The position numbers and the translations under genes are program-made. A DNA stretch of 64,000 nt from NCBI GenBank assembly GCA_026004195.1, contig BPIQ01000001.1, forward strand, positions 461,871 through 525,870, in the 5' to 3' direction. Origin of the DNA: Candidatus Binatia bacterium (lineage in GTDB: Bacteria; Desulfobacterota; Binatia; HRBIN30; BPIQ01). This document shows, piece by piece, positions 37,868 through 47,438 of the stretch (positions within the stretch are counted from its first letter, which is position 1; every line of letters starts with the position of its first letter). Below the pieces are notes generated by a model. The model ran no database searches and was not told the DNA's origin. It was given only the letters and a program-made list of their open reading frames with translations.

Positions 37868-39157
37868 TCACGTGTGGCGGAGTCTGCAGGGGTCGGAGAC
37901 AGGCAGTTTACAGAACCACGTCCAGAACTCCTTCATGTATCGGTCCGGTCTGCGGGCCAGTCGTACCCGGAACGCCAGGACGAGGTTCTCCCATTTCGCC
38001 TCTTCGGAGACCCCGAGGAACACGAGCTTGTCCTGCATTCGAAGCCGCAGGTTCCAGTCCGACGGAGCCCCCCGCCGGACGAGCTCTCCCCGGCCGGTGA
38101 AATCCACGGTCCAGTCCCCCCCCTGTGGCCCCGTGACCTCCCACCAGGTCACGATGCCTACCCTACGGGCCGCCTCCGGATCCGCCGCCACGACGCGCTG
38201 GAAGTAGTCACGGAAGCGGTCGAAGAGGTCCGGCGGCGCCGTGGGCTCCGAGGCGAAATACTCGGCGATCCGGGCTGCGTTTCGCGCGCTCAGTTCCTCG
38301 ATTTCCTCCATGCGACGCTCCCAGTCGGGCGGCGGAGCGGCCCGCTCCAGTCCCCCCTCGGGCGTCCAGACGTCGCCGGGGTTCATCTGTAACCCCTCGA
38401 TGTCGGGAGCCTCGGTCGCCAGAGCTGCAATCGCCTCCGCTGGTGTGTTCACGTACTGCGGTGTGTTGAGAAAAAGCTGGTCCGGAGCGAGTAGAGCGTA
38501 ATTTCCGGCGGCCGGCACGGCTCTTTTCGCCCGCAAGAGGCGAGCCCAGTGGACGAATTCCTCCAGATGGGCGTGCTTGGAGGCTCGATACCGTTCCAGC
38601 TTCGACGCCAGGGGGAAGTCGAAACATCCCGGATACTGGCTCGCCCCCGTGAACGTCAGGAAGGCGATGTCGATGTCGTATTCCTCCCCCAGCCGTTTCA
38701 GGGTCGCGTCGTCGAGGTGACAGTCGTTCACGTTGAGCAGGGTACGGCCGTCGCTCTGCACGAGGATGGCGCTGTCGTCCCAGGGCCGGTCGGGGGGGAC
38801 GAGTCGCACGGAAAGACCGGGTGCGAGAGACACCGTCTTCCCGAACGGGAGTTCCCGGATATCCGAGAAACCCAGGTGGCGAATCCGCTCCCGAAATCCC
38901 TTTTGCCGAAAATCGGCGATCACGACGGTGGCATCCTTGTCGAGTTCACCGAGCGTGGCGGGATCGAAGTGATCCGGATGCTCGTGGGAAATGTAGAGAA
39001 AGTCGATCCTCGGTAGATCCCGTGCCGTGAGCCGCAGCGGCGGGTAATGCCACCACGTCCCGTGGTACGTGGGGTCCTTGAGCCACGGATCCATCAGGAT
39101 CCGCTTTCCTTGTGCTTCCACGAGCCAGCAGGCGTGGCCCAGATACGTGACCTTCAT
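37868..39157 (-). CDS. MBL-fold metallo-hydrolase with C-terminal extension
   Basis: Start MKVTYLGHACWLVE (ATG 39157, ATGA overlap with the upstream stop); metal motif FLYISHEHPDHFD (HxHxDH). Confidence 0.75.
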   Translation of the reverse strand: MKVTYLGHACWLVEAQGKRILMDPWLKDPTYHGTWWHYPPLRLTARDLPRIDFLYISHEHPDHFDPATLGELDKDATVVIADFRQKGFRERIRHLGFSDIRELPFGKTVSLAPGLSVRLVPPDRPWDDSAILVQSDGRTLLNVNDCHLDDATLKRLGEEYDIDIAFLTFTGASQYPGCFDFPLASKLERYRASKHAHLEEFVHWARLLRAKRAVPAAGNYALLAPDQLFLNTPQYVNTPAEAIAALATEAPDIEGLQMNPGDVWTPEGGLERAAPPPDWERRMEEIEELSARNAARIAEYFASEPTAPPDLFDRFRDYFQRVVAADPEAARRVGIVTWWEVTGPQGGDWTVDFTGRGELVRRGAPSDWNLRLRMQDKLVFLGVSEEAKWENLVLAFRVRLARRPDRYMKEFWTWFCKLPVSDPCRLRHT

Positions 39158-40344
39158 GACTCGCTCCTTTGCTCCAGCCGAGCGACCAGGGCGGCCACCT
39201 CGAGCTTCCTGGACACGGCCTTGGCTTCCCACAGTGTCTCGTAGAGGCGCTCGACCCGCTCCACCATTCTTTCGAGGGAGAACCCGCGCTCCATCGCATG
39301 CCGGGCGGCTCGACCCAGGCGCGAAGCGAGGTCCGGATTCTCGAGCACGCGCAGGATCGCGGCGGCGAGCGGGGGGACCTCCCTGGGCGGCACGAGCAGC
39401 CCCGAGACTCCTTCCTCGATGAGCTCCGGGGCGCCGCCGACGTTCGTAGCCACGACGGGCTTCCCCGCGGCCATGGCCTCCATGATGGCATTAGACATCC
39501 CCTCGTCGTGGGAAGACAACACGAAAATGTCGAAGGCCGCCAGAACCTCGGGCATGTCGGTCCGCGTCCCCAGAAGAAAAAGCCGGCGCTCGAGGTCGAG
39601 CTCGCGAACGAGAGCCCAGGGGACCTTTTCTTTCGTGTCCTGACCGACCACGACCACCTGGACCTCCGGACGCGAGCGGGCCACCTCGGCAGCGGCTCGA
39701 AGAAATTCTTCGTACCCTTTCCTCACCCTCGCTCTCGTGACCGTCCCGACGACGGGCCGTTCGGGATCCAGACCCAGCCGAGCCTTGAACGGGCGCGCGT
39801 CCTCGACGGGGGCGAAGCGCCGCGTGTCGACGCCGTTTTCGATGACGACGATTTTTTCGAGCGGGCAATTCTCGTCCGCCGAGACGAAGTCGCGCACGGC
39901 CCGGGCGTTCGCCACCACGACGTCGGCGAGGTAGTTCGCCACGCGACAACCCACCGCTTCCGCACCGCGCCGGTAGTGGCAACCTCGCTTGCCGCAGAGA
40001 AGCACCGGCACCCGGGCCAGGCGCGCCGCGAGCGAGCCCACGAATTCCCCGCGGGGCAGGAACGTGTGCACGATATCCACCCGCTCGCGGCGGAAGAGTC
40101 GCGCGAGCCGCACGACCGCGAGAGCCGTCGCCGGCGAGAGAAGCGAGCCCGAAAGCCCGCACTCGAAAACCGGAACGCCCAGTGATTCGACCCGCCCGAT
40201 GAGCTCCCCCCTCCGCCAGAGACAGTGGAGCGAAGGGCGGAACCGCGTCCGGTCCAGCCGCTCGAAAAGCTGTACGAGGTGGTTTTCCGTGCCGCCGCCG
40301 AGGCGGAAGTCGCGGATCACGTAGGCGACGCGAAGGGGACGCAT
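39154..40344 (-). CDS. GT4-family glycosyltransferase
   Basis: …GGTENHLVQL…, …EGMSNAIMEAMAAGKPVVATNVGGAPELI…. Confidence 0.85.
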   Translation of the reverse strand: MRPLRVAYVIRDFRLGGGTENHLVQLFERLDRTRFRPSLHCLWRRGELIGRVESLGVPVFECGLSGSLLSPATALAVVRLARLFRRERVDIVHTFLPRGEFVGSLAARLARVPVLLCGKRGCHYRRGAEAVGCRVANYLADVVVANARAVRDFVSADENCPLEKIVVIENGVDTRRFAPVEDARPFKARLGLDPERPVVGTVTRARVRKGYEEFLRAAAEVARSRPEVQVVVVGQDTKEKVPWALVRELDLERRLFLLGTRTDMPEVLAAFDIFVLSSHDEGMSNAIMEAMAAGKPVVATNVGGAPELIEEGVSGLLVPPREVPPLAAAILRVLENPDLASRLGRAARHAMERGFSLERMVERVERLYETLWEAKAVSRKLEVAALVARLEQRSES

Positions 40345-40362
40345 GGGCTTCGAAATCTCACC

Positions 40363-42966
40363 TCAAGGTGGGTAGTGGAACCCGAGATCTACCGGTCCCG
40401 AGTCCGGGACCCCATCGACGCGAGTCGTCCGACCGGCGACGCCGGCAGTTCCGGGATCCGTGTCGCCGGCATCCACGGCCGGGCTATCGTAGGGATGGCC
40501 CGTCGCCCTCTGCCGAAGACGATAGTCACCGGTATCTTCCGCCACGAAGAGCGGATCCACGACGAGGACGTCGTGGAGACCCGGCGGCGTGGCGGCACCG
40601 TAAGGGCCCGTCACGAGATTGTAGTCGCCGACGTACCCGGGGAGAGAGAGCCGATTGACCTGCAAGTCGGCGACCCCGTTTCCGTGAAAGATGTTCCGAA
40701 GCACGGAACCGGAGTCCGAAGGCGGCTCGAGGTCGCTACCCCCGAGAAGGAGTCCCCGGTTCGCGTTGCCGACGATCGTATTCTGCACGATCCTGGCCCG
40801 AGGTGACCCTTCGGTCTCTCCGCTGACGAGCACGCCCGTCGAGCCGTTGTCGGCGACCAGATTGTTGTGCACGACAAGGTCGGGACAGTCGATCGCTCGC
40901 AAGCCGTCTCCACCGTTGGCCCGCAGAAAGGTACCGCTCAGGGTCGCACCGGCAATTTGCACGAGCTGAACGCCGTTCTCCTCGTTCTCCGAAACGTCGG
41001 ATTCCAGCAGCGAGAGTTCCAGCACGGAGCTCGCCGTCAACCCGTGGCCGCCGTTCTCCTGGAGCTCGGCTCCCGCGACTTCCAGCTCCCCGCCCACCAC
41101 TCTGATCCCGTCCCCTCGATTTTCCGTCACGTAGGGCGCGACGAGGCGGGCCGCCGTCTGCTGCAGCAAGAGACCTTCCTTCGCGTTGGCACAGGCTCTC
41201 GCGCCGACGACTTCCAGAAAGCGAGCGCCCGACACCCAGATACCTGGCCCACCGTTCGCGCAGAACTCCCCTCCTTCGATGTGCCCCTCGGAATCGCCCT
41301 GCACCTGGACTCCGGACTGCACGTTCGAGCGCACGGAAGTCGTCCCGATCCAAAACTCGCTGCGCGAAAGCGAGATGCCTTCGGTGCCATTCTCCACGAA
41401 CTGCGAATCACGAATCCAAACCGAGCTCCCGATCGAATTCAGTCCGCGGCCCCCGTTCGCCCTTGCCCGGACCCGCTCCAGCGTCAGATTCCCCGAATCG
41501 GTGCGGACGCCGTCACTGCCGTTCTCCTCGAGTAGGGCGTCCCGAATCGAAACCTCCGCTCCTTCTCTCACGTCGATCCCGACGGACCCGGCACCGCGGA
41601 CGGCCAGCCGCCGGAGCTCCAGGCGCGTCTTGCCCGGCACACGGAGCCCGCGGGTCTTGCCTCTCGCGTCGAGCACGACCATCCCCCTCCTCCCCCTCAA
41701 CACCAGCTCCCTGGTCCCGTCACCGTACACCGGTACGTCCAGGTCCCCCTCGGCAAAGACCGGGGATCCCAGCAACACGACGTGCCCCGGTCTCGCCAGG
41801 GCCAGCGATCGCGAAAGGGTGCGCAGTGGATCCGCCGGCGTTTGTCCGGATCCTTCGTCCCGGCCTCGCCCCGAGTCCGCGAACAGCGGGACTTTCCGAA
41901 CCCGAATCCGGCGGCCGGGCCAGTCCACCCGCTCCCGGAGGCGACCCGGGTAGTGGAAACCCGCATCCGCCCACGAGCGGTCCCATCTTCCGTCCGTGCG
42001 CGTCGTCCCCCGCGTCAAGCGCAACCGGCGTGCGAAATCCACGCCCGCGTCGACGGCCGGACTGTCGAATGCCTGCCCCGAAGAACGCTGCGCCAGCTCG
42101 AAGCGGTCCGACGCGAACATGAGTCCTCCCACCTTGGGCGCGGAGTCGGCGAACCCCACGTCTTCGACCCGCCGATCGGTGGCATCGACGGGCGTCCCGG
42201 TGGGAAACCGGTCGGCGGACACGTTGCCCGCCCCCAGGAAGCCCGGGCGCGAGACCTCGTTCACCTGGATTCCCGCGACCGCATTGCCCTGCAAGACGTT
42301 GTTGAGCACCCGGCCTCCGGGCGAACCGATCGTGGTTCCCGAAAAGAAAATCCCCCGACCCGCGTTCCCGTAAACGGTGTTGTGCACCACCCACGCGCCG
42401 GGAGAGCCGGCGACGTTGCCGGTAACGAGGATCCCGTTCTCCCCGTTCTTGTACACGAGGTTGTTGAAGACGACGACGTTCTTGGAATCTTGAACGTAGA
42501 TACCGTGGCGCTCGCAAGCGGTGACGATGTTGTTCTGCACGAGGCTACCGTCGGAACCGCTTTTCACGTGCACGCCGAACTGTGGCCCCAGAATCACGAA
42601 GCCATCCACCCGGACCTTCAGCTTACCCGAGATTCGGAAACCGGTGTCGAACCCCGTGGCATCCACGACCACGTGGCCAGGATCCGCGCCGGTCATCGTA
42701 CCGGAGAAGTCGGCCAGGAAGGAAACGTGCCCGAAGGCCCGAGGCTCCAGATTCCCCTCGGTATAGATCCCCGGAGCGACGACGATCGTATCACCGGGGT
42801 TCGCACTGGTGGCAGCCCGGCCGATCGTGCGGAATGCCCGCTCCGGAGCAAGCCCATCTCCGTCGTCGTTCCCCCCGGGGGCCACGTAGAAAACCGTCGC
42901 CAGAACGCTCGAAGCGTGCAAGAAAAACACGAGACCGAGAACGAATCCAGAGCGGGCTCCGCCCAC
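40363..42966 (-). CDS. Secreted right-handed parallel beta-helix repeat protein (867 aa) with an internal duplicated module
   Basis: Signal peptide MGGARSGFVLGLVFFLHASSVLA. Repeated NNxVxxN[GA] beta-helix turns (NNLVYKNGENGILV; GNAGRGIFF; NNLVADNGSTGVLV; GNANRGLLL). Both the N- and C-terminal modules end …DSPAVDAG…GFHYP. Confidence 0.75.
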   Translation of the reverse strand: MGGARSGFVLGLVFFLHASSVLATVFYVAPGGNDDGDGLAPERAFRTIGRAATSANPGDTIVVAPGIYTEGNLEPRAFGHVSFLADFSGTMTGADPGHVVVDATGFDTGFRISGKLKVRVDGFVILGPQFGVHVKSGSDGSLVQNNIVTACERHGIYVQDSKNVVVFNNLVYKNGENGILVTGNVAGSPGAWVVHNTVYGNAGRGIFFSGTTIGSPGGRVLNNVLQGNAVAGIQVNEVSRPGFLGAGNVSADRFPTGTPVDATDRRVEDVGFADSAPKVGGLMFASDRFELAQRSSGQAFDSPAVDAGVDFARRLRLTRGTTRTDGRWDRSWADAGFHYPGRLRERVDWPGRRIRVRKVPLFADSGRGRDEGSGQTPADPLRTLSRSLALARPGHVVLLGSPVFAEGDLDVPVYGDGTRELVLRGRRGMVVLDARGKTRGLRVPGKTRLELRRLAVRGAGSVGIDVREGAEVSIRDALLEENGSDGVRTDSGNLTLERVRARANGGRGLNSIGSSVWIRDSQFVENGTEGISLSRSEFWIGTTSVRSNVQSGVQVQGDSEGHIEGGEFCANGGPGIWVSGARFLEVVGARACANAKEGLLLQQTAARLVAPYVTENRGDGIRVVGGELEVAGAELQENGGHGLTASSVLELSLLESDVSENEENGVQLVQIAGATLSGTFLRANGGDGLRAIDCPDLVVHNNLVADNGSTGVLVSGETEGSPRARIVQNTIVGNANRGLLLGGSDLEPPSDSGSVLRNIFHGNGVADLQVNRLSLPGYVGDYNLVTGPYGAATPPGLHDVLVVDPLFVAEDTGDYRLRQRATGHPYDSPAVDAGDTDPGTAGVAGRTTRVDGVPDSGPVDLGFHYPP

Positions 42967-42997
42967 GATGTGACACTCGGTCCTGCAGGCCCGGGCT

Positions 42998-43174
42998 TCA
43001 GAACAACGTGTAGATGAACGGTCCCAACGCCGAGCTCTGGGCCGTCACCATGATGCCGCCGAAGACCAGCAGAACGAGCACCATGGGGATCATCCACCAG
43101 AGCTTGCGCCGCCAGAGAAAGACGAGCAGCTCCCCGGCGATTCCCGCGCGCGCACGAGCCTTCTCGAAAGCCAT
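42998..43174 (-). CDS. DUF5989/SxtK-like small membrane protein (58 aa)
   Basis: Not in the ORF track (too short). ATG at 43172-43174 with GAGGTGA RBS; product MAFEKARARAGIAGELLVFLWRRKLWWMIPMVLVLLVFGGIMVTAQSSALGPFIYTLF, a pattern I recall as a family commonly found next to carbamoyltransferases. Confidence 0.55.
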   Translation of the reverse strand: MAFEKARARAGIAGELLVFLWRRKLWWMIPMVLVLLVFGGIMVTAQSSALGPFIYTLF

Positions 43175-43180
43175 CTTCGC

Positions 43181-44372
43181 TCACCTCGCTGGTTTTTCCC
43201 GGAGCCAGCCTCCCCGGAGGAGAAAGTCCGCGACGGCCCCGGCCGCGAACTCGTGGCCGGCCGCGTTCCAGTGCCCATCGTACCGATAATAGAACTCTTT
43301 CGCACGCTCGTTTTTCATCACGGAACGCCAGGCACGAAAACGGGCACGCCCAGGCGGCGGAACATGGCCTCCGCTCGCTCGCGCGGAGCGTCGCGCTCCG
43401 ATCCCCGGGCCCGCGCAACGAGGGGTAGGCGTCGAGCAGCTCCTCCCAGCACGAGTCCCGCACACCTCCTCGCGGGAGGGAACGATCACGGCAACCAGCT
43501 CCGCTCCGGCCCGGCGCACTTCGCGATTCCGCAGCTCGCGCACCAGTTGCTCGGTCCTTTGCCACGCACGCTCCCACGCGAGCGTCGGGGGGGCCCGTAG
43601 ACTTCGTAGGCTACCGGTCACGCGCCTTTTTTCGAACCCGCTCGGCCGTACGCTCGCCCACCACCCCGATCCCGGCGAGCCACTCCACCAGTTCCGGCCT
43701 GGCCCAGAGGGTCATGCGGCGGAGGTAGCGGTAGGCTTTCGACCAGGCCAACCAGCCGCCCGGGGAAGCTTCTCTCCGTTCGCCCGCTCGCGGGTGAATC
43801 CGCACGGGCCGTCCCCGCTCGTCGTAGACGGGCACCAGGACGTCCTCGAGCTCCGGGCTGTTGTTCAGCACGTCGTTCCCCGGATAGAAGGCCAGGAGCA
43901 CGAGGTCCGGGTCGAACCGCACCCCACGTTCGCGGAAAAAGAGGAGCTCGCCTGCCGTCCCGTAGGCGCTGTGGCCCGCGTTGATCACCTCCACGGGGCG
44001 GCCGAGGCGCGAGGAGAGCTCCCGCTCGAGAACTTGCGTGAACGCTCGTTCGAGCGGAACCTGCAGTGCCTCGAGAAAGGAATCCCCGAGGGCGAGGATC
44101 CGGAAGACCCCGTCCGCTTTCTCGAGCTTGCGCGGTACGTCCCTGAGCCCGAGATCGTTGATCTCGACCCACACCAGGAACTCGCGCTCCTCCTGCGTCC
44201 ACCAACCTTTTTTCCCCGGAACGAGGCGAGCCCCGAGCACCGGGTCCGCTTCCCAGAAACGATCGGGTTCGAGCCGCGCGAGACGCACGCCCACCTCGAG
44301 AAGGCCGAACCCGAAAAGGACCCCGAGCAGGCCGAGAACGGCCGCGTACGCCCACTCCTTCGGCCTCGACAA
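43181..44372 (-). pseudogene. SGNH/GDSL-family hydrolase (AlgX/AlgJ-like N-terminal TM plus esterase domain) interrupted by several frameshifts
   Basis: ORF 43611..44372 carries the TM helix plus blocks I-III (ILALGDSF; INAGHSAYGT; FYPGNDVLNN). Block V (YRYDGHWNAAGHEF) lies in a different frame in ORF 43181..43621. Protein-like segments in all three frames between 43250 and 43600 (LVAVIVPSREEV / SCWEELLDAYPSLRGPG / RERAEAMFRRLGVPVF). A G7 run sits at 43585-43591. Confidence 0.55.
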
Positions 44373-44373
44373 C

Positions 44374-46158
44374 TCAGGAGCTCTCCTTCCGGAGGATGCA
44401 GTTCCCGAGGACGAGCACGTCCATTTCGCTGCGCTGGAAGGTCGAGAACGCGTTCTCGGGTGTCGTGACGATCGGCTCGCCCTTCAAGTTGAAGGACGTA
44501 TTGAGCACGACGGGCACCCCCGTCGCGTCGCCGAACCGGCGTATCAGGGCATGGTAGAGAGGGCTTTCCCCGGCGTGCACCGCCTGGAGCCTGGCCGTGC
44601 CGTCCACGTGCGTCGTGGCGGGGACTTCGTGTTTTCGCTCGGGCTTCACGTCGACGACGTAAAGCATGAAGCGTGCGGGGTAGTGGCGCCGCGCGTCCGG
44701 TAGGTCGAAGTACTTCTCCGCTTCCTCGACCAGGACCGAGGGAGCGAACGGTCGGAAGGGTTCGCGGAACTTGATCTTGGTGTTCACGATTTCTTTCATT
44801 TCCTCGCGTCGGGGGTCGGCGAGGATGCTCCGAGCACCGAGCGCCCTCGGGCCCCACTCGAACCGCCCCTGGTACCATCCCACGACCTTGCCGGCTCGGA
44901 GCTCTTCGACGACCCGGTCGAGGAGCGCGTCTTCGTTCGACACTTCCTCGTAAGGGTAATTCGACTTCCGCAAAAAGTCGTGCACGGCCCCGTCTCCGTA
45001 CTCGGCGCCCCAGTAGGCGTGCTCGAGCACGAAGCGCCGCGGCTGTCCCAGCACCGTGTGGTAAGCGTAAAGCGCCGCCCCGAGAGCTCCGCCTCCGTCG
45101 CCCGCAGCCGGCTGGATGAAGAGCTCGCGGAAGGGAGTCTCGCGGAGCAGCCTCCCGTTGGCCACGCTGTTCAGCGCCACGCCTCCGGCCAGGCAGAGTC
45201 TGTCGAGGCCCGTCCGCGCGTGGAGCGCCCGAGCCATCGTGAGAACGATCTCCTCCGTCACTTTCTGGATGCTCGCCGCGATGTCCGCGTAATGCTGGTT
45301 TTTCCGGGCCATCTCGTCGTAGTTCGCGGGTCGCGCGCCGAAATACGACGGGTAGCCGGAGCTCGGGGTGAAGAACTTCCAGCTCGGGTCGCGCGGCTCC
45401 CCGAAAAGCTCCTCGAACTTGGGCTTGTACGTTTTGCTGGCCGAGTGGTGGAAGCAAAAGTAGTCCATGTCGAGCCAGATGCTTCCGTCGTCGTGGATCC
45501 GTACCAGTTTGCGAACCTTGTCGACGTACTTCGGCTCGCCGTAAGGGGCCATCCCCATGACCTTGTACTCGCCCTCGTTCACTTCGAAACCGAGAAAGGC
45601 GGTGAAAGCGCTGTAGAGAAGGCCCACGGAGTGGGGAAACCGAAGCTCCTGGAGCAGTTCGATCGAAGTCCCGCGCCCGCGGCCCATGGTCGCCGTCGCC
45701 CACTCGCCCACGCCGTCGATCGTGAGCACGGCCGCCTCTTCGAAAGGAGAGCAGAGAAACGCGCTCGCGGCGTGCGAGACGTGGTGCTCGCTGAAGAGGA
45801 TGCGCTCCGCCGGAACCCCGAGCTCCTGCTGGATCAGGTTCTTGACCCAGAGTTTGTCGAGAAACCAGGTCGCCATCGCGTCGCCGAAGACTCTCCAGGA
45901 CCGGGGAACGGCCTGGAGGGTCGTTTTCAGAATGCGTTCGAACTTCACGAAAGGCTTTTCGTAGAAGACCACGTAGTCGAGATCGGGCCCCCGGAGGCCG
46001 CCGCGTTCCAGGCAGAATCGAATCGCACGCCTCGGGAAATCGTAGTCGTGCTTGATCCGCGAGAACCGCTCTTCTTCGGCCGCGGCCACGAGCTGCCCGT
46101 CGCGAAGAAGAGCCGCTGCCGCGTCGTGGTAGAAACACGAAATTCCCAGGATGTTCAT
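44374..46158 (-). CDS. Carbamoyltransferase (NodU/CmcH family)
   Basis: 594-aa product MNILGISCFYHDAAAALLRDGQLVAAAEEERFSRIKHDYDFP… with the typical N-terminal ASKHA-like fold and C-terminal YrdC-like domain. ATG 46158 overlaps the upstream GT4 stop (ATGA). Upstream part of tracked ORF 44374..47169 is shadow. Confidence 0.9.
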   Translation of the reverse strand: MNILGISCFYHDAAAALLRDGQLVAAAEEERFSRIKHDYDFPRRAIRFCLERGGLRGPDLDYVVFYEKPFVKFERILKTTLQAVPRSWRVFGDAMATWFLDKLWVKNLIQQELGVPAERILFSEHHVSHAASAFLCSPFEEAAVLTIDGVGEWATATMGRGRGTSIELLQELRFPHSVGLLYSAFTAFLGFEVNEGEYKVMGMAPYGEPKYVDKVRKLVRIHDDGSIWLDMDYFCFHHSASKTYKPKFEELFGEPRDPSWKFFTPSSGYPSYFGARPANYDEMARKNQHYADIAASIQKVTEEIVLTMARALHARTGLDRLCLAGGVALNSVANGRLLRETPFRELFIQPAAGDGGGALGAALYAYHTVLGQPRRFVLEHAYWGAEYGDGAVHDFLRKSNYPYEEVSNEDALLDRVVEELRAGKVVGWYQGRFEWGPRALGARSILADPRREEMKEIVNTKIKFREPFRPFAPSVLVEEAEKYFDLPDARRHYPARFMLYVVDVKPERKHEVPATTHVDGTARLQAVHAGESPLYHALIRRFGDATGVPVVLNTSFNLKGEPIVTTPENAFSTFQRSEMDVLVLGNCILRKESS

Positions 46159-47438
46159 GGTCGTCGCTCCCCGCGAAGAATCTGCTCGTAGAGTTCCGTC
46201 ATCCGCGCGACGTGGTTCTCGATCCGGAACCGATCCCGTACCTCTTCCCGAGCCGCATGGCCGAGCCTCGACCGCAGCTCCGGCTCCACGGCCAGCCGCA
46301 GGAGCGCCGCCGCGAGCGCCTCGACGTCTCCCGGCGGCACGAGGAGGCCGGTCCACCCGTCCCGGACGAATTCCACGACACCGCCGGCCGAAGTGGCGAT
46401 CACGGGCTTTCCGAGAGCCATGGCCTCGAGCAGCACGCGGCCGAACGGTTCCGGGCGGACGGACGCGTGCACGACGATGTCCAGGGCCTGCATCACGTCC
46501 GGCACGTCCTGGCGAAAACCCAGAAACAGAACGCGCCGCTCGAGCCCCAACTCGCGCACCCTGCCGACGAGCTTCCGCGCGTACTCTTCGCCCGCCCGAT
46601 GGACACCGCCCACCACGACACACCAGAGGTCCTCGCGTCCCGACGCGATCGCCCGTGCGAACGCTTCGACCAGGACGGCCTGTCCCTTCCATTCCTGGAT
46701 CCCGCCCACGATCCCGCAAACGAGTGCGTCGGGGCCCAGTCCCCATTCCGAGCGGACCTCCTCCCTCGACCTCCCCGGTCGGAAGCGGCCGAAGTCCAAC
46801 GCGTCGTAGATGACGCGGGTACGAGGTGCGACCACGCCCGCCGACTCGCAGTGCAGCCGGATCGCTTCGGTCATGCACACCATCGCGTCGAGCTTCCGTG
46901 CCGCCCAGCGCTCGCGGCTTCCGTACTTCTCGAATCCCTTGACGTGACACACGCAGGGCAGCCCGCAAAGCCAGCTCGCCAGGATGCCGTCGAAGTTCGC
47001 CCGGACGCCGTTGGCCAGGTGCACGACGTCGGGCTTTTCTTCGCGGAAGATCCGGGCCAGTCGCACCGCGGCGGGGAACTCTTCGAACGCGGTCCTGAGC
47101 GAAGTCCGTGCCGCCCGGAAAAGCCGCCGAATTTCGGGGGCACGCCGGGCCCGGTGGTAGACTTGCCAAGCTTGCAGCGGGTGCTCTTTCGGCAACCTCC
47201 TTCTCCGTACGTGTCGGACCCGAACGCCGGCCGCCTCGAGCTTCGGCTCGATCCCCTTGGGCTCGTAGAGCACGAGCACGCTTTTCCAGTTCTCGCCCAT
47301 CCCGTCGATCTGTTGCAGGATCCCCGTGAGCGAGCCCCCGACGATGCCCCCACTCGAAGCCTCGACGAACGCCACGGTCCGCGGCGCCGCGCGCGATTCA
47401 GGATCCCGCAGAACGGCTACGACCGGTTTCGAGCTCAT
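46155..47438 (-). CDS. GT4-family glycosyltransferase
   Basis: …RTVAFVEASSGGIVGGSL…, …EPFGRVLLEAMALGKPVIATSAGGVVEFV…. Confidence 0.85.
   Translation of the reverse strand: MSSKPVVAVLRDPESRAAPRTVAFVEASSGGIVGGSLTGILQQIDGMGENWKSVLVLYEPKGIEPKLEAAGVRVRHVRRRRLPKEHPLQAWQVYHRARRAPEIRRLFRAARTSLRTAFEEFPAAVRLARIFREEKPDVVHLANGVRANFDGILASWLCGLPCVCHVKGFEKYGSRERWAARKLDAMVCMTEAIRLHCESAGVVAPRTRVIYDALDFGRFRPGRSREEVRSEWGLGPDALVCGIVGGIQEWKGQAVLVEAFARAIASGREDLWCVVVGGVHRAGEEYARKLVGRVRELGLERRVLFLGFRQDVPDVMQALDIVVHASVRPEPFGRVLLEAMALGKPVIATSAGGVVEFVRDGWTGLLVPPGDVEALAAALLRLAVEPELRSRLGHAAREEVRDRFRIENHVARMTELYEQILRGERRP

Noticed and set aside
42693-43577. 294-aa minus-strand ORF (MGACVAKDRATGARAAES…)
   Set aside because: It is a composite of an out-of-frame read-through of the DUF5989-like gene and the intergenic RBS, plus one of the shifted frames of the disrupted SGNH gene. 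It is not an independent gene.
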